This document shows, one piece after another, positions 55,456 to 64,000 of a stretch of 64,000 nucleotides of DNA. The stretch's first letter is position 1; the number at the start of each line of letters is the position of its first letter. The position numbers were made by a program, and so were the translations under genes. The stretch is from contig MTON01000022.1 of the NCBI GenBank assembly GCA_002010665.1, positions 59,966 through 123,965 of the forward strand, given 5' to 3'. Origin of the DNA: Candidatus Aminicenantes bacterium JdFR-78 (GTDB lineage Bacteria; Acidobacteriota; Aminicenantia; JdFR-78). Under the pieces are notes generated by a model. That model did no database searches. It was not told the origin of the DNA and saw only the letters and a program-made list of their open reading frames with translations.

Positions 55456-55968
55456 ATGAGAAGGCTTTTCAGTATCCTGATTATCTTTGTTTTGGTCTTA
55501 TATGCATTCAGCATTCCTCAATATGAAGAAATTTTAAAGCTGAAAGAGAAAATAATTGATTTGCAAAATAAAGGCAAGCTAGGGATTAAGGATCTGACTT
55601 TATGTTCCAAGATTATTTCTTTCGGCGCTTATGTTCCATTACAGGAGCCGAAAATAAAAAGAGGCGGGATCTTACTGGTTTATTATGAACCAGTAAATGT
55701 CTTCACAAATCGCAAAAAAGGAACTTATGAAATTTGGTATACTCAAGATATGATTCTTCTTAATTCCAAGAGGAAAGTTCTATTTAAAAAAGAAGATGCT
55801 CTGAACTTTCATTATACTTTCACCTCTCCCGTAATGGATTTATACGCAACAAATAGTTTGGAATTAGGAAATCTTCCTCCAGGCAAATACATTTATAAAA
55901 TTGTATTAAAAGATAGACTAAAGGATGAAGTAGTTGTCAAAGAAATTCCATTTGAAATAATAGACTGA
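55456..55968 (+). CDS. secreted protein, unknown function
   Basis: 170 aa; signal peptide; strong SD AAGGAGG; stop overlaps the next ATG (TGATG). Confidence 0.5.
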   Translation: MRRLFSILIIFVLVLYAFSIPQYEEILKLKEKIIDLQNKGKLGIKDLTLCSKIISFGAYVPLQEPKIKRGGILLVYYEPVNVFTNRKKGTYEIWYTQDMILLNSKRKVLFKKEDALNFHYTFTSPVMDLYATNSLELGNLPPGKYIYKIVLKDRLKDEVVVKEIPFEIID

Positions 55969-56180
55969 TGTCTCCTATTGAAATAAAATTACCTGAAAAT
56001 TGTGAGAATTTTGCCAAAACAAACAAATGCCATAGATGGTTAAAGGAGAGTTTTAGAAAAAATAAATTATCAAAGGAAGAATTATACCTCCTTTCCTCAG
56101 AGGAACAGAGAAAAGCAATCCAGATCTGCGCAAAATGTCCCTTTTATAAAAAAGTGGAAAGGGATATGTTCGAATTTTAA
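55968..56180 (+). CDS. small 4-Cys zinc-ribbon-like protein
   Basis: 70 aa; CENFAKTNKC ... CAKC; translationally coupled to the upstream gene and followed 2 nt later by the ADH gene. Confidence 0.4.
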   Translation: MSPIEIKLPENCENFAKTNKCHRWLKESFRKNKLSKEELYLLSSEEQRKAIQICAKCPFYKKVERDMFEF

Positions 56181-56181
56181 A

Positions 56182-57183
56182 ATGAAAGCAGCCATTTTAT
56201 ATAATCAGCAACCAATTGAAAATAATCCTTTAAAAATTGAAGAAATTGAAATTCCTCAAATAAATGAAAATGAAATTTTAATTAAAGTTAATGCATGTGG
56301 AATTTGTCATACAGATTTGCATATTATAGAAGGAGAACTTCCTCCTGTTAAAATGCCAGTAATTCCAGGTCATCAAATTGTGGGGATTGTTGAGAAAATA
56401 GGTGGCAAAGTTACTAAATTCAAAGTGGGAGATAAAGTGGGTGTGCCTTGGCTTCACTCTACATGCGGTAAATGCGAGTTTTGCAAACGGGGGAAAGAAA
56501 ATTTATGCAATAATGCAAAGTTTACCGGATATCATGTGAATGGAGGATTTGCTGAATATAGTAAAGTCTCGGAAGATTTCGCCTATCGCTTACCAGAAAA
56601 TTTATCTAACTTAAATATCGCACCTTTGCTGTGTGGAGGTGTTATTGGTTATAGAGCATTGAAGCTTTCAGAAATAAAGCCTGGCGAAAGATTAGGACTT
56701 TATGGCTTTGGAGCTTCTGCGCATATTGTGATTCAGATAGCCCTCTACTGGAATTGTGAGGTTTATGTTTTTACTCGCAGTGAAGCTCATAGGACTCTTG
56801 CTTCTAAACTGGGTGCAGTATGGACTGGAAGAGCTGAAGATAATCCTCCAAAAAAAATGCACACCTCAATTATCTTTGCACCTGCAGGTTATCTTGTCAG
56901 AGAAGCTTTGAGAGTTCTGGAAAAAGGAGGAACAATTGCACTGGCTGGAATATACATGACTCCAATACCAGAAATTGATTACTCTCTAATCTATCATGAA
57001 AGAAAAATAACAAGTGTCGCAAACAGCACAAGAGAAGATGTTATAGAACTTTTGAAGCTGGCAAAGGAAATTCCCCTTAAAACAGAAATTCAAATTTTTT
57101 CTTTGGAAGAAGTAAATAAAGCTCTTCAACTTTTAAAAAGAAGTGAAATAAAAGGAGGGGCAGGAGTTTTAAAAATTCATTAG
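56182..57183 (+). CDS. zinc-dependent alcohol dehydrogenase (MDR family)
   Basis: 333 aa; catalytic zinc GICHTDLH; structural zinc CGKCEFCKRGKENLC; Rossmann GFGASAHIV. Confidence 0.85.
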   Translation: MKAAILYNQQPIENNPLKIEEIEIPQINENEILIKVNACGICHTDLHIIEGELPPVKMPVIPGHQIVGIVEKIGGKVTKFKVGDKVGVPWLHSTCGKCEFCKRGKENLCNNAKFTGYHVNGGFAEYSKVSEDFAYRLPENLSNLNIAPLLCGGVIGYRALKLSEIKPGERLGLYGFGASAHIVIQIALYWNCEVYVFTRSEAHRTLASKLGAVWTGRAEDNPPKKMHTSIIFAPAGYLVREALRVLEKGGTIALAGIYMTPIPEIDYSLIYHERKITSVANSTREDVIELLKLAKEIPLKTEIQIFSLEEVNKALQLLKRSEIKGGAGVLKIH

Positions 57184-57190
57184 GGAGAAA

Positions 57191-57553
57191 ATGAAAACAA
57201 ATAAAAAAAACGAAATATGCGAACCCCATACTCTTAATAGAGAAAAAATTGAAGAAGTAAAAAAATTAATGATTTCTGATGAAAAAGTAAAAGCTTTAGC
57301 AGAGACCTTCAAGACACTTTCTGACCCAACAAGAACAAAAATTATTTATGCTCTTTTTCTGAGTGAATTATGCGTCTGCGATTTAGCTAATGTTATTAAT
57401 TTATCCGTTTCAGCAGTTTCCCATCATCTCAGAGTCTTGAGAAATCTGAAATTGGTGAAATTTCGAAAAGAAGGTCGTGTAGTTTATTATTCGCTTGATG
57501 ATGAACATATCTCAAATCTATTTCACGAAGGACTCGAACATATTCTGGAATAA
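57191..57553 (+). CDS. ArsR/SmtB-family metalloregulator
   Basis: 120 aa; alpha3 metal site ELCVCDLA; wHTH; classic ArsR length. Confidence 0.8.
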   Translation: MKTNKKNEICEPHTLNREKIEEVKKLMISDEKVKALAETFKTLSDPTRTKIIYALFLSELCVCDLANVINLSVSAVSHHLRVLRNLKLVKFRKEGRVVYYSLDDEHISNLFHEGLEHILE

Positions 57554-57556
57554 AGA

Positions 57557-58651
57557 TTAGGAATTTTTTATTAATTTGTAAAATCCTAATGTAAAGAGGG
57601 GAATTATGTATATAAAGAAGAATCCCCAACTAATACCTCCATAACCTTTAGCAATCAATTTAATAAGTCCAAAAGTGGAAATACCCAGCCCTCCTGATAA
57701 AAGTATTAAAGCAATGAGTGGCCTGAGCCATTGAGGTAAAATTTTGCCTTTTGAGAGGAGGGAGGACTGAATTCTTTCATTAACAGCATGAATGAATCCT
57801 GTGCCTGTTTCAATTAAGGTCCCAAAGAGAACGATTTGGAAAACTATTAAAAGAAAAGGAGAGCCTATTTTTTGAAGAACATATACTGCAGGAATTTCAA
57901 CTGGCAAAATTTCAGGATAGAAGCCAACCACACTTATGAAAAATAGAAGACCTGGAAATATTCCTATCAATCCACCCAGAAAACCTGCTATAATTGCCTC
58001 TTTTCTCTTTTCTATGTGATTCAAGCAAAAAAGAACTGCTGGAATAATTCCCATATTGTAAAGAGCATATTTGAACCCACCTAAAGCCCATTTCGAATTA
58101 ATAATTGCCTGGGAAAAATTCCTCTGAATTACTGGCCCGAATTTTATAAGAGCAGTAATTAAAAAAACTCCATAAACTGTATATAGAACTATTGACCAAC
58201 CTGAGAGAAATTTCTCAATTAAACTGCTACCTTTAAATGTTAAAAAGCCAATTGCACCTAACATTATTGAAACTCCAGCCATATAAGGCAAGCCAAAGTT
58301 ATCTCTTAATAAAACTCCGGCTGCAGAACCTATTACAGCTAAAACAATAAATAGAAGAATAAAATAAATAATTTCAAATAAAAACCAAAAGGATCCAAGC
58401 AATTTTAAAAAGAAAGTTCGATAATCATAGGCTTTAAAAAACCGAGAAAACTCGAAAGTGAGAGCTAATATGAGCGACCACATAACAGTTGTAATTAAAA
58501 GCATTCCAAGAAGTCCTCCAAGGGGACCGTAATTTAAAAAGAACTCAACCAATTCTCTACCTGTGCCATAACCTCCTGCAATAACCACTGACTGAAAGAC
58601 AAATCCGGGCAATAAATATTTTTTAAAAAAGGTAGAATTAAAAAAATGCAT
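57557..58651 (-). CDS. polytopic membrane protein (about 11 TM), possible YkvI-like transporter
   Basis: 364 aa; conserved-looking GGYGTGRELVEFF near the N-terminus; start codon shares a base with the upstream aminotransferase stop. Confidence 0.45.
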   Translation of the reverse strand: MHFFNSTFFKKYLLPGFVFQSVVIAGGYGTGRELVEFFLNYGPLGGLLGMLLITTVMWSLILALTFEFSRFFKAYDYRTFFLKLLGSFWFLFEIIYFILLFIVLAVIGSAAGVLLRDNFGLPYMAGVSIMLGAIGFLTFKGSSLIEKFLSGWSIVLYTVYGVFLITALIKFGPVIQRNFSQAIINSKWALGGFKYALYNMGIIPAVLFCLNHIEKRKEAIIAGFLGGLIGIFPGLLFFISVVGFYPEILPVEIPAVYVLQKIGSPFLLIVFQIVLFGTLIETGTGFIHAVNERIQSSLLSKGKILPQWLRPLIALILLSGGLGISTFGLIKLIAKGYGGISWGFFFIYIIPLFTLGFYKLIKNS

Positions 58652-60039
58652 TATTTTATATTACTCCATTTTTTTGCTATTTTCTCCACTGCATCTAAGG
58701 AAGACTGGATCTCTTCTTCTGTATGAGCAAATGAAATTGCTCCGAAACCATGGAAAATATTAATACCTTCATTTAACATAGCTAATTTGAAAATTTTCTC
58801 TCTTAACTCCACATCGCAGATTTCAGGATTCCAGACCTGCTCAGGAGCGGTAATCTTCTCAATTTCCTCATTTAAAAAATGAACACCAACGCATGAGCTG
58901 TGTTTAACTATTGAATTTCCATACCCGGTGCATTTAACATTTATTCCATAATTTTTGAATATCCCCTCGATTTCTACTCTTACTTTTTCTCCAAGTTTTC
59001 CAATTTTTGGATAAATCTTGTTCTCATTTTCGATTAGATATTTTAAATATGTAAAACCAGCAAGCATTGAAGCAGGGTGTGCAGAAAAAGTCCCTCCTGA
59101 AAATTTGACCTTTTCCTCTGGTTTCCCACCTGGACTGCATAATTCGAGAATATCCTCTCTCCCAGCTACAGCACTAACTGGCATGCCTCCTCCTACAGCT
59201 TTTCCTAAAACACACAGATCTGGTTTGATTCCATATAGAGTGTAAACCGCTCCTGCGTGAAAACGGAAGCCTGAAACAACTTCGTCAAATATGAGAAGGG
59301 ACCCATATTCTTTGGTTAATTTTCTTGCTTTCTTAAGATATTCTTTATTTGCAAAAATAAACCCCCCGGCTCCAATGAAAGGTTCAATAATAAAACAAGC
59401 AATTTGCTCGCCATATTTTTTAAATTTTTCTTCAAGGTCTTCCACGTCATTAAATCGGGTTATTATTATTTGAGATTCCATATGGGAAGGAAGACCAGCA
59501 GATTCAATTTTATTTAATGTTCTCTCATAAGTTGTGATTCCCTTTAAAACATATGGCTGAGCCCCATGCCATCCTCCAAAAACTTTAAGTACGAGCTCTC
59601 TTTTTGTATAAGCCTTTGCTAACATAATTGCATACATGGTGGATAAAGTTCCACTTGTAGTAAATCGAATTTTTTCTAATTTAATTCGTTTAAGAATTAA
59701 TTTTGCAAGTTCCTTTTGATAAATACTTGGAAAACCCGTCTGCAAACCCTGACCTTTATTAAAAAAATCTATAAGTGTTTTTATTACTATGTCTGGATTA
59801 TGACCAAGAATATTTGCAAAATGTCCCTGCCAGAAGTCAATATAAACATTTCCATCAATATCAATTACCTTTGAACCCTTACATTCAGCATCGTAAAAGG
59901 GAAAAGGCTCAAAAAGTCTGAGGTTATGACTTCCTCCCCTGATTAAGTATTTGGAGGCTTCTTTAAAAAGTGTCTCTGAATTTTTATGATTTTTCCTGTA
60001 ATTTTTTATTAATTCATCCATTATCGCTTTTTTATCCAT
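58651..60039 (-). CDS. class III PLP-dependent aminotransferase, glutamate-1-semialdehyde aminomutase-like
   Basis: 462 aa; LIFDEVVSGFRF; PLP-Lys context LCVLGKAVGGGMPVSA. Confidence 0.8.
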   Translation of the reverse strand: MDKKAIMDELIKNYRKNHKNSETLFKEASKYLIRGGSHNLRLFEPFPFYDAECKGSKVIDIDGNVYIDFWQGHFANILGHNPDIVIKTLIDFFNKGQGLQTGFPSIYQKELAKLILKRIKLEKIRFTTSGTLSTMYAIMLAKAYTKRELVLKVFGGWHGAQPYVLKGITTYERTLNKIESAGLPSHMESQIIITRFNDVEDLEEKFKKYGEQIACFIIEPFIGAGGFIFANKEYLKKARKLTKEYGSLLIFDEVVSGFRFHAGAVYTLYGIKPDLCVLGKAVGGGMPVSAVAGREDILELCSPGGKPEEKVKFSGGTFSAHPASMLAGFTYLKYLIENENKIYPKIGKLGEKVRVEIEGIFKNYGINVKCTGYGNSIVKHSSCVGVHFLNEEIEKITAPEQVWNPEICDVELREKIFKLAMLNEGINIFHGFGAISFAHTEEEIQSSLDAVEKIAKKWSNIK

Positions 60040-60193
60040 TATTACGCCTCCTCAAAAAAAATTACATCACCTAATGCATATTTCGTCTAAACTTATAACA
60101 AATTGAAAAATTAGTGTCAAAAATACTAAGCTTGAAAAGAATCATGATTTTGGATATATAATAATAACTGAAACTCTTTAGAAGGTGAGATAA

Positions 60194-61246
60194 ATGAAAC
60201 TCGTGAGTGAGATTTTTAAATTTATCATTGAAAATGTTTATCTAAAATTCCTGCTCACTTTATTGATATCTCTTGTTGTTGCCTATTTAACTAAAATTAC
60301 ATTTAAAAAAATCTTATTACCTATTACAAAAAAGACTAAAACAGTAATTGATGATTTAATTGTAAAAAGTTCTGCATCAATAATTTTCTGGGTTATTCTT
60401 ATTCTTGGGGTTAAAATTGGAATTGAATATTTTAAATTTGGAACAGGAATTTATAATAGCATTGTAAGTACTCTGCTTGTTCTGGCTATAAGCATATTAA
60501 TTTTTAAAATTATCAATAATCTCTCCCAGCAATGGCTAAGAGAATGGGCATTTAAAACTAAATCAACTGCAGACGATAGATTAATTCCTTTGATTGAAAA
60601 AATTTTAAAAGCCCTTGTTATCATATTAGCTATTATTTTTATATTTGATGCGTGGAATATAAACATAGGGCCTATTCTTGCAACTGCAGGAATAGCAGGC
60701 GTGGCACTTGCTCTTGCTGTAAAGGAGTCTTTAGCAAATATTATTGGAGGTGTCCAACTCGTTTTGGATAAAACTTTTAAAGTCGGGGATAAAGTTCAAT
60801 TGGAGTCAGGGGAAGTAGGGGTAATTCTTGATATAGGTTTGAGAACAACTAAATTAAAAACCTATGATAATGAAGTTATATACATACCAAATTCATACTT
60901 AGCTAATTCCAAAATAAAAAATTACAGTCAGCCAGATCTGTCTCAGAGAGTGAATGTTGAATTTGGTGTTGAATATGGTTCAGATCCAGAAAAAGTGAAG
61001 AAAGTTGTAGTTGACGCTATAAAAAAGATTAATACAGTTCTTGAAGATCCTCCACCTGAAGTTATATTCACCAATTTATCCGATTTCTCACTCGATTTTA
61101 TCGCACGCGCTTGGGTGAAAAACTACAATGATGCTTTCTCTACTTCTTTAAAAATGCGGGAAGCAATTTATGATGCTCTGAATAAGGCGAATATTGGAAT
61201 TCCCTTTCCTACCAGAACAATATACGTGAAACAAAGCAAAGAGTGA
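60194..61246 (+). CDS. mechanosensitive channel, MscS family
   Basis: 350 aa; 3 N-terminal TM helices; MscS beta-domain VGDKVQLESGEVGVILDIGLRTTKLKTYDNEVIYIPNS. Confidence 0.85.
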   Translation: MKLVSEIFKFIIENVYLKFLLTLLISLVVAYLTKITFKKILLPITKKTKTVIDDLIVKSSASIIFWVILILGVKIGIEYFKFGTGIYNSIVSTLLVLAISILIFKIINNLSQQWLREWAFKTKSTADDRLIPLIEKILKALVIILAIIFIFDAWNINIGPILATAGIAGVALALAVKESLANIIGGVQLVLDKTFKVGDKVQLESGEVGVILDIGLRTTKLKTYDNEVIYIPNSYLANSKIKNYSQPDLSQRVNVEFGVEYGSDPEKVKKVVVDAIKKINTVLEDPPPEVIFTNLSDFSLDFIARAWVKNYNDAFSTSLKMREAIYDALNKANIGIPFPTRTIYVKQSKE

Positions 61247-61251
61247 AATTA

Positions 61252-62445
61252 TCAGGCTGTCAAGAGGGTGAGATTTCTCCTCCCTGTTTCAAAATTCAAT
61301 TTGAGTTGCTCAGGAATAGAATAAGACTTTCCATTTATCAAAATAAAAGGCAAAGCTCTTTTCACAATTACTCCAACGTTTTTTAAGTCCTCAATAGAAT
61401 GAAATCTGAATTTCTTTCTTTCAACTATAATTTTCTTAGCAGTCTTTGGCCCAATCCCAGGAACTTTAATCAATTCTTCATAGTCAGCTTTATTAATTTC
61501 AATGGGAAATCGCTCTGGTGAATTAATTGCCCAATTCATTTTCGGATCTACCTCGAGCGACAAATTACCATTTTTATCAAAAACAAATTGTTTAAGAGAA
61601 AATCCATAATATCGAATCAAAAAATCAGCCTGATAAAGTCTGTGTTCACGAAGAAGATTGGTTGGAGGATGCCCCTCCAAAGGAGTTTTTGGGACTGGCT
61701 GAAAAGCAGAAAAATAAACCCTCCATAAATTAAAATTTCGATATAACCAATCCGTAGTATTCAAGATTTCATAATCCGTATCTCCACTTGCACCCACCAC
61801 AAATTGAGTTGTTTGAGTCTTCCTTTCAGGATTTTTCTTTATTAAAGCGTGTATCCATTTTATCTTTTGAATTAAATCATTCTCAAAATCTTTCTCAGGT
61901 GCTATCCTTTTCAGTTTCTTTTTATTAGGTGCTTCAAGATTAATAGAAACCCTGTTTGCCAGTTCAACAGCTTTCTCAACATACTCATACTTTACTCCTG
62001 GGAGAATTTTTAAATGTATATAGCCATGATAACGGTATTTTTTCCTAATTATTTCAACAGTTTTCAACATTTCTTCCATGGTTCTGTTTGGGTCATTTCC
62101 CATTCCAGAACTTAAAAACAATCCATGCACCATTCTTCTATTTGCTAAATTAATAAAGAATTTGCTCAATTCTTCAGGCAAAAAATTAGTTAAGACTCTA
62201 TTATCTAATACAGGATTGATACAATAGAAGCAGTTCTTCTCACAATAATTTTTTAAAAGGACTTTAAGTATAAGAATTTTTGAACCATTTGGTAAAGCTA
62301 CAGGATAAATCCATTTATAATACGGATTTCTCGGATCTCTAATTCTGCCTTTACCAAAACATGAAGAGAGACAGATATCGTATTTTGCAGCATCTCCCAG
62401 TATTTTTACTTTCTCAAGGATATCAATACCCTTTTTAATGAGCAT
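61252..62445 (-). CDS. radical-SAM protein with C-terminal helix-hairpin-helix (putative DNA modification/repair radical SAM family)
   Basis: 397 aa; CEKNCFYC (CxxxCxxC) cluster motif; C-terminal HhH KVPGIGPKTAKKI. Confidence 0.6.
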   Translation of the reverse strand: MLIKKGIDILEKVKILGDAAKYDICLSSCFGKGRIRDPRNPYYKWIYPVALPNGSKILILKVLLKNYCEKNCFYCINPVLDNRVLTNFLPEELSKFFINLANRRMVHGLFLSSGMGNDPNRTMEEMLKTVEIIRKKYRYHGYIHLKILPGVKYEYVEKAVELANRVSINLEAPNKKKLKRIAPEKDFENDLIQKIKWIHALIKKNPERKTQTTQFVVGASGDTDYEILNTTDWLYRNFNLWRVYFSAFQPVPKTPLEGHPPTNLLREHRLYQADFLIRYYGFSLKQFVFDKNGNLSLEVDPKMNWAINSPERFPIEINKADYEELIKVPGIGPKTAKKIIVERKKFRFHSIEDLKNVGVIVKRALPFILINGKSYSIPEQLKLNFETGRRNLTLLTA

Positions 62446-62447
62446 GA

Positions 62448-63920
62448 TTAGAACAACTTTAGATTAAGTTGATTCTCGTGTGCTATTTTCCTTTCCTTTT
62501 CTATCCTCTCAAGCATCTCTGGAGTCACATCTCCAGTTGGATATTTTCCGTCAAAACAGGCGCCACAGAAATGAGTGAGCTCAGGATTTCCCATTTGAAC
62601 AGCTTTTTTTAGGGATTCAAGCGTTTGATAAATTACTTTATCTGCACCAATTTTACGAGCAATTTCTTCAAAGGTGGCATTACGGGCTACAAATTCAGTT
62701 TTAGTTTGCATATCTATACCATATACACAGGGATATTTTAAAGGAGGAGAATAGGCTGCAAAGTAAACTTTTTTTGCCCCGCACTGGCGAGCAAGTTCGA
62801 TTATTTTCCTCGATGTATTTCCCCTTACTATGCTGTCATCAACAATTAGTACATTTTTTCCCTTAAATTCAGAAGCAATAGGATTAAGTTTTTGCCTTAC
62901 TGAACTCTTTCTTGCCTCATCCACTGGCATAATAAAAGTTCTTCCAATATATCTATTCTTTACCAGCGCCTCCCTGTATTTTAAATTCAGTTCTCGAGCA
63001 AGCTCAATAGCTGCATCTCGAGCTGAATCAGGAACAGGCACTACGACATCAATATCAATATTTGCTTTTTTCACTTCTTTTGCAAGAAATCTTCCCAGTA
63101 TCACCCTTGTCTTGTAAACATTTACTTTATCTATGAAGGAATCTGGGCGGGCAAAATAAACCCACTCGAAAAGACACGGAGTATGCGTGGCATTGGTTAA
63201 TTTTTTTGAATGAACCTTTTTCTGATGGTCAACATAAATCACTTCACCTGGTTTAACATCTCTTATTTCATCAAAATTAAGGATATTCAAACTTACTGAT
63301 TCAGAGGCAAAAGCATAGGAAACACTTAACCCCTCCTTCCTTATTCCGAAAACAAGGGGCTTAATTCCATGAGGATCCCTGAATCCAAAAAGACCCTGAT
63401 TGGCTAAATAGCCGATTACAGAATAACTTCCCTTTACCTTTTTAAAAACACCCTCAACTGCTCGAAAAATGTGCTCTGGTTTAAGAGTTGTTGTTTCCTG
63501 CTCTGCAAGCTCTTCAGCAAAAACATTTAATATAGCTTCAGCATCATTATCAGAGTTTAAAAGTCTATGATATTTTCTGAAAAGTTCCTCTTTTAACTCT
63601 TTATAATTTATAACATTTCCATTGTGAGCCATTATTATTCCAAAGGGTGAATTCACCATAAAAGGCTGAGCATCTTCTCCTCCACCACTTCCTACTGTTG
63701 GATAACGAACGTGTCCAATTCCTATATTTCCTCTAAGACGAAGGATATTCTCATAACTAAAAATATCCCTTACCAGACCATTGCCCTTTTTAATATGAAA
63801 TTTTCCATCAAAGGTTATAATACCTGCAGAATCCTGTCCTCTGTGCTGAATTGACAAAAGTCCATTATATATTTCCTGAACAACATCAGAATTTCCGAAG
63901 ATTCCAATTACACCACACAT
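62448..63920 (-). CDS. purF: amidophosphoribosyltransferase PurF
   Basis: 490 aa; N-terminal nucleophile MCGVIGIFG; PRPP-binding LIVDDSIVRGNT; C-terminal Fe-S cysteines. Confidence 0.9.
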   Translation of the reverse strand: MCGVIGIFGNSDVVQEIYNGLLSIQHRGQDSAGIITFDGKFHIKKGNGLVRDIFSYENILRLRGNIGIGHVRYPTVGSGGGEDAQPFMVNSPFGIIMAHNGNVINYKELKEELFRKYHRLLNSDNDAEAILNVFAEELAEQETTTLKPEHIFRAVEGVFKKVKGSYSVIGYLANQGLFGFRDPHGIKPLVFGIRKEGLSVSYAFASESVSLNILNFDEIRDVKPGEVIYVDHQKKVHSKKLTNATHTPCLFEWVYFARPDSFIDKVNVYKTRVILGRFLAKEVKKANIDIDVVVPVPDSARDAAIELARELNLKYREALVKNRYIGRTFIMPVDEARKSSVRQKLNPIASEFKGKNVLIVDDSIVRGNTSRKIIELARQCGAKKVYFAAYSPPLKYPCVYGIDMQTKTEFVARNATFEEIARKIGADKVIYQTLESLKKAVQMGNPELTHFCGACFDGKYPTGDVTPEMLERIEKERKIAHENQLNLKLF

Positions 63921-64000
63921 TTTATTTGTTCACACTTTTATTAAAATACATTTTCAGGATTAGGTCAACTTAATATACTTGAATACCCTTTCCTAATGTT

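Noticed and set aside
1-64000. CRISPR arrays, transposases, integrases, phage or plasmid modules
   Set aside because: No regularly spaced direct-repeat array and no recombinase-like ORF. AT-rich low-complexity stretches are ordinary intergenic sequence.
63921-64000. Purine riboswitch upstream of purF
   Set aside because: Only 80 nt are available at the window edge. They show promoter-like elements but none of the conserved purine-riboswitch junction sequences.

Overview
AT-rich (about one-third G+C by eye), gene-dense bacterial chromosomal segment with about 65 protein-coding genes. I found no rRNA, tRNA, CRISPR array, transposase or integrase. The gene content looks like an uncultivated Gram-negative anaerobe: many TPR, outer-membrane and ECF-sigma genes. 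Main blocks are listed below. (1) Two ZAS-type ECF sigma/anti-sigma modules. One is convergent with a membrane-anchored beta-helix/TPR/CHAT protease. The other heads a 5-gene operon in which three secreted proteins share a triplicated C-terminal domain. (2) A tightly packed minus-strand operon (9488-19734): processive GT2 synthase, two MacB/LolCE-like FtsX permeases, a beta-propeller lipoprotein, an AcrB-like RND pump and a periplasmic TPR protein. It has no membrane-fusion protein and no ABC ATPase. I read it as a candidate non-canonical trans-envelope glycan/glycolipid export system. (3) A sigma-54 circuit: a sensor kinase plus NtrC-family regulator flanked by three near-consensus TGGCA(C/T)-N5-TTGC promoters. 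They drive a DUF4382-like lipoprotein, an outer-membrane beta-barrel and a 48-aa membrane protein whose transcript is bracketed by a GC-rich inverted repeat. (4) A split ATP-citrate-lyase-type citrate-cleavage cluster: citryl-CoA synthetase-like SucC/SucD homologues plus a citrate-synthase-half Ccl. The ATP-grasp subunit carries an unusual C-terminal ferredoxin-like 2xCys4 domain. A LeuC-type aconitase-family large subunit sits next to it, and a second LeuD-DH-LeuC-LeuD set lies 10 kb away. (5) An RRM RNA-binding protein gene flanked by a perfect 17-bp inverted repeat with alternative pairing partners. The rest is housekeeping (smpB, purF, plsY, peptidases, ADH/ArsR, MscS).
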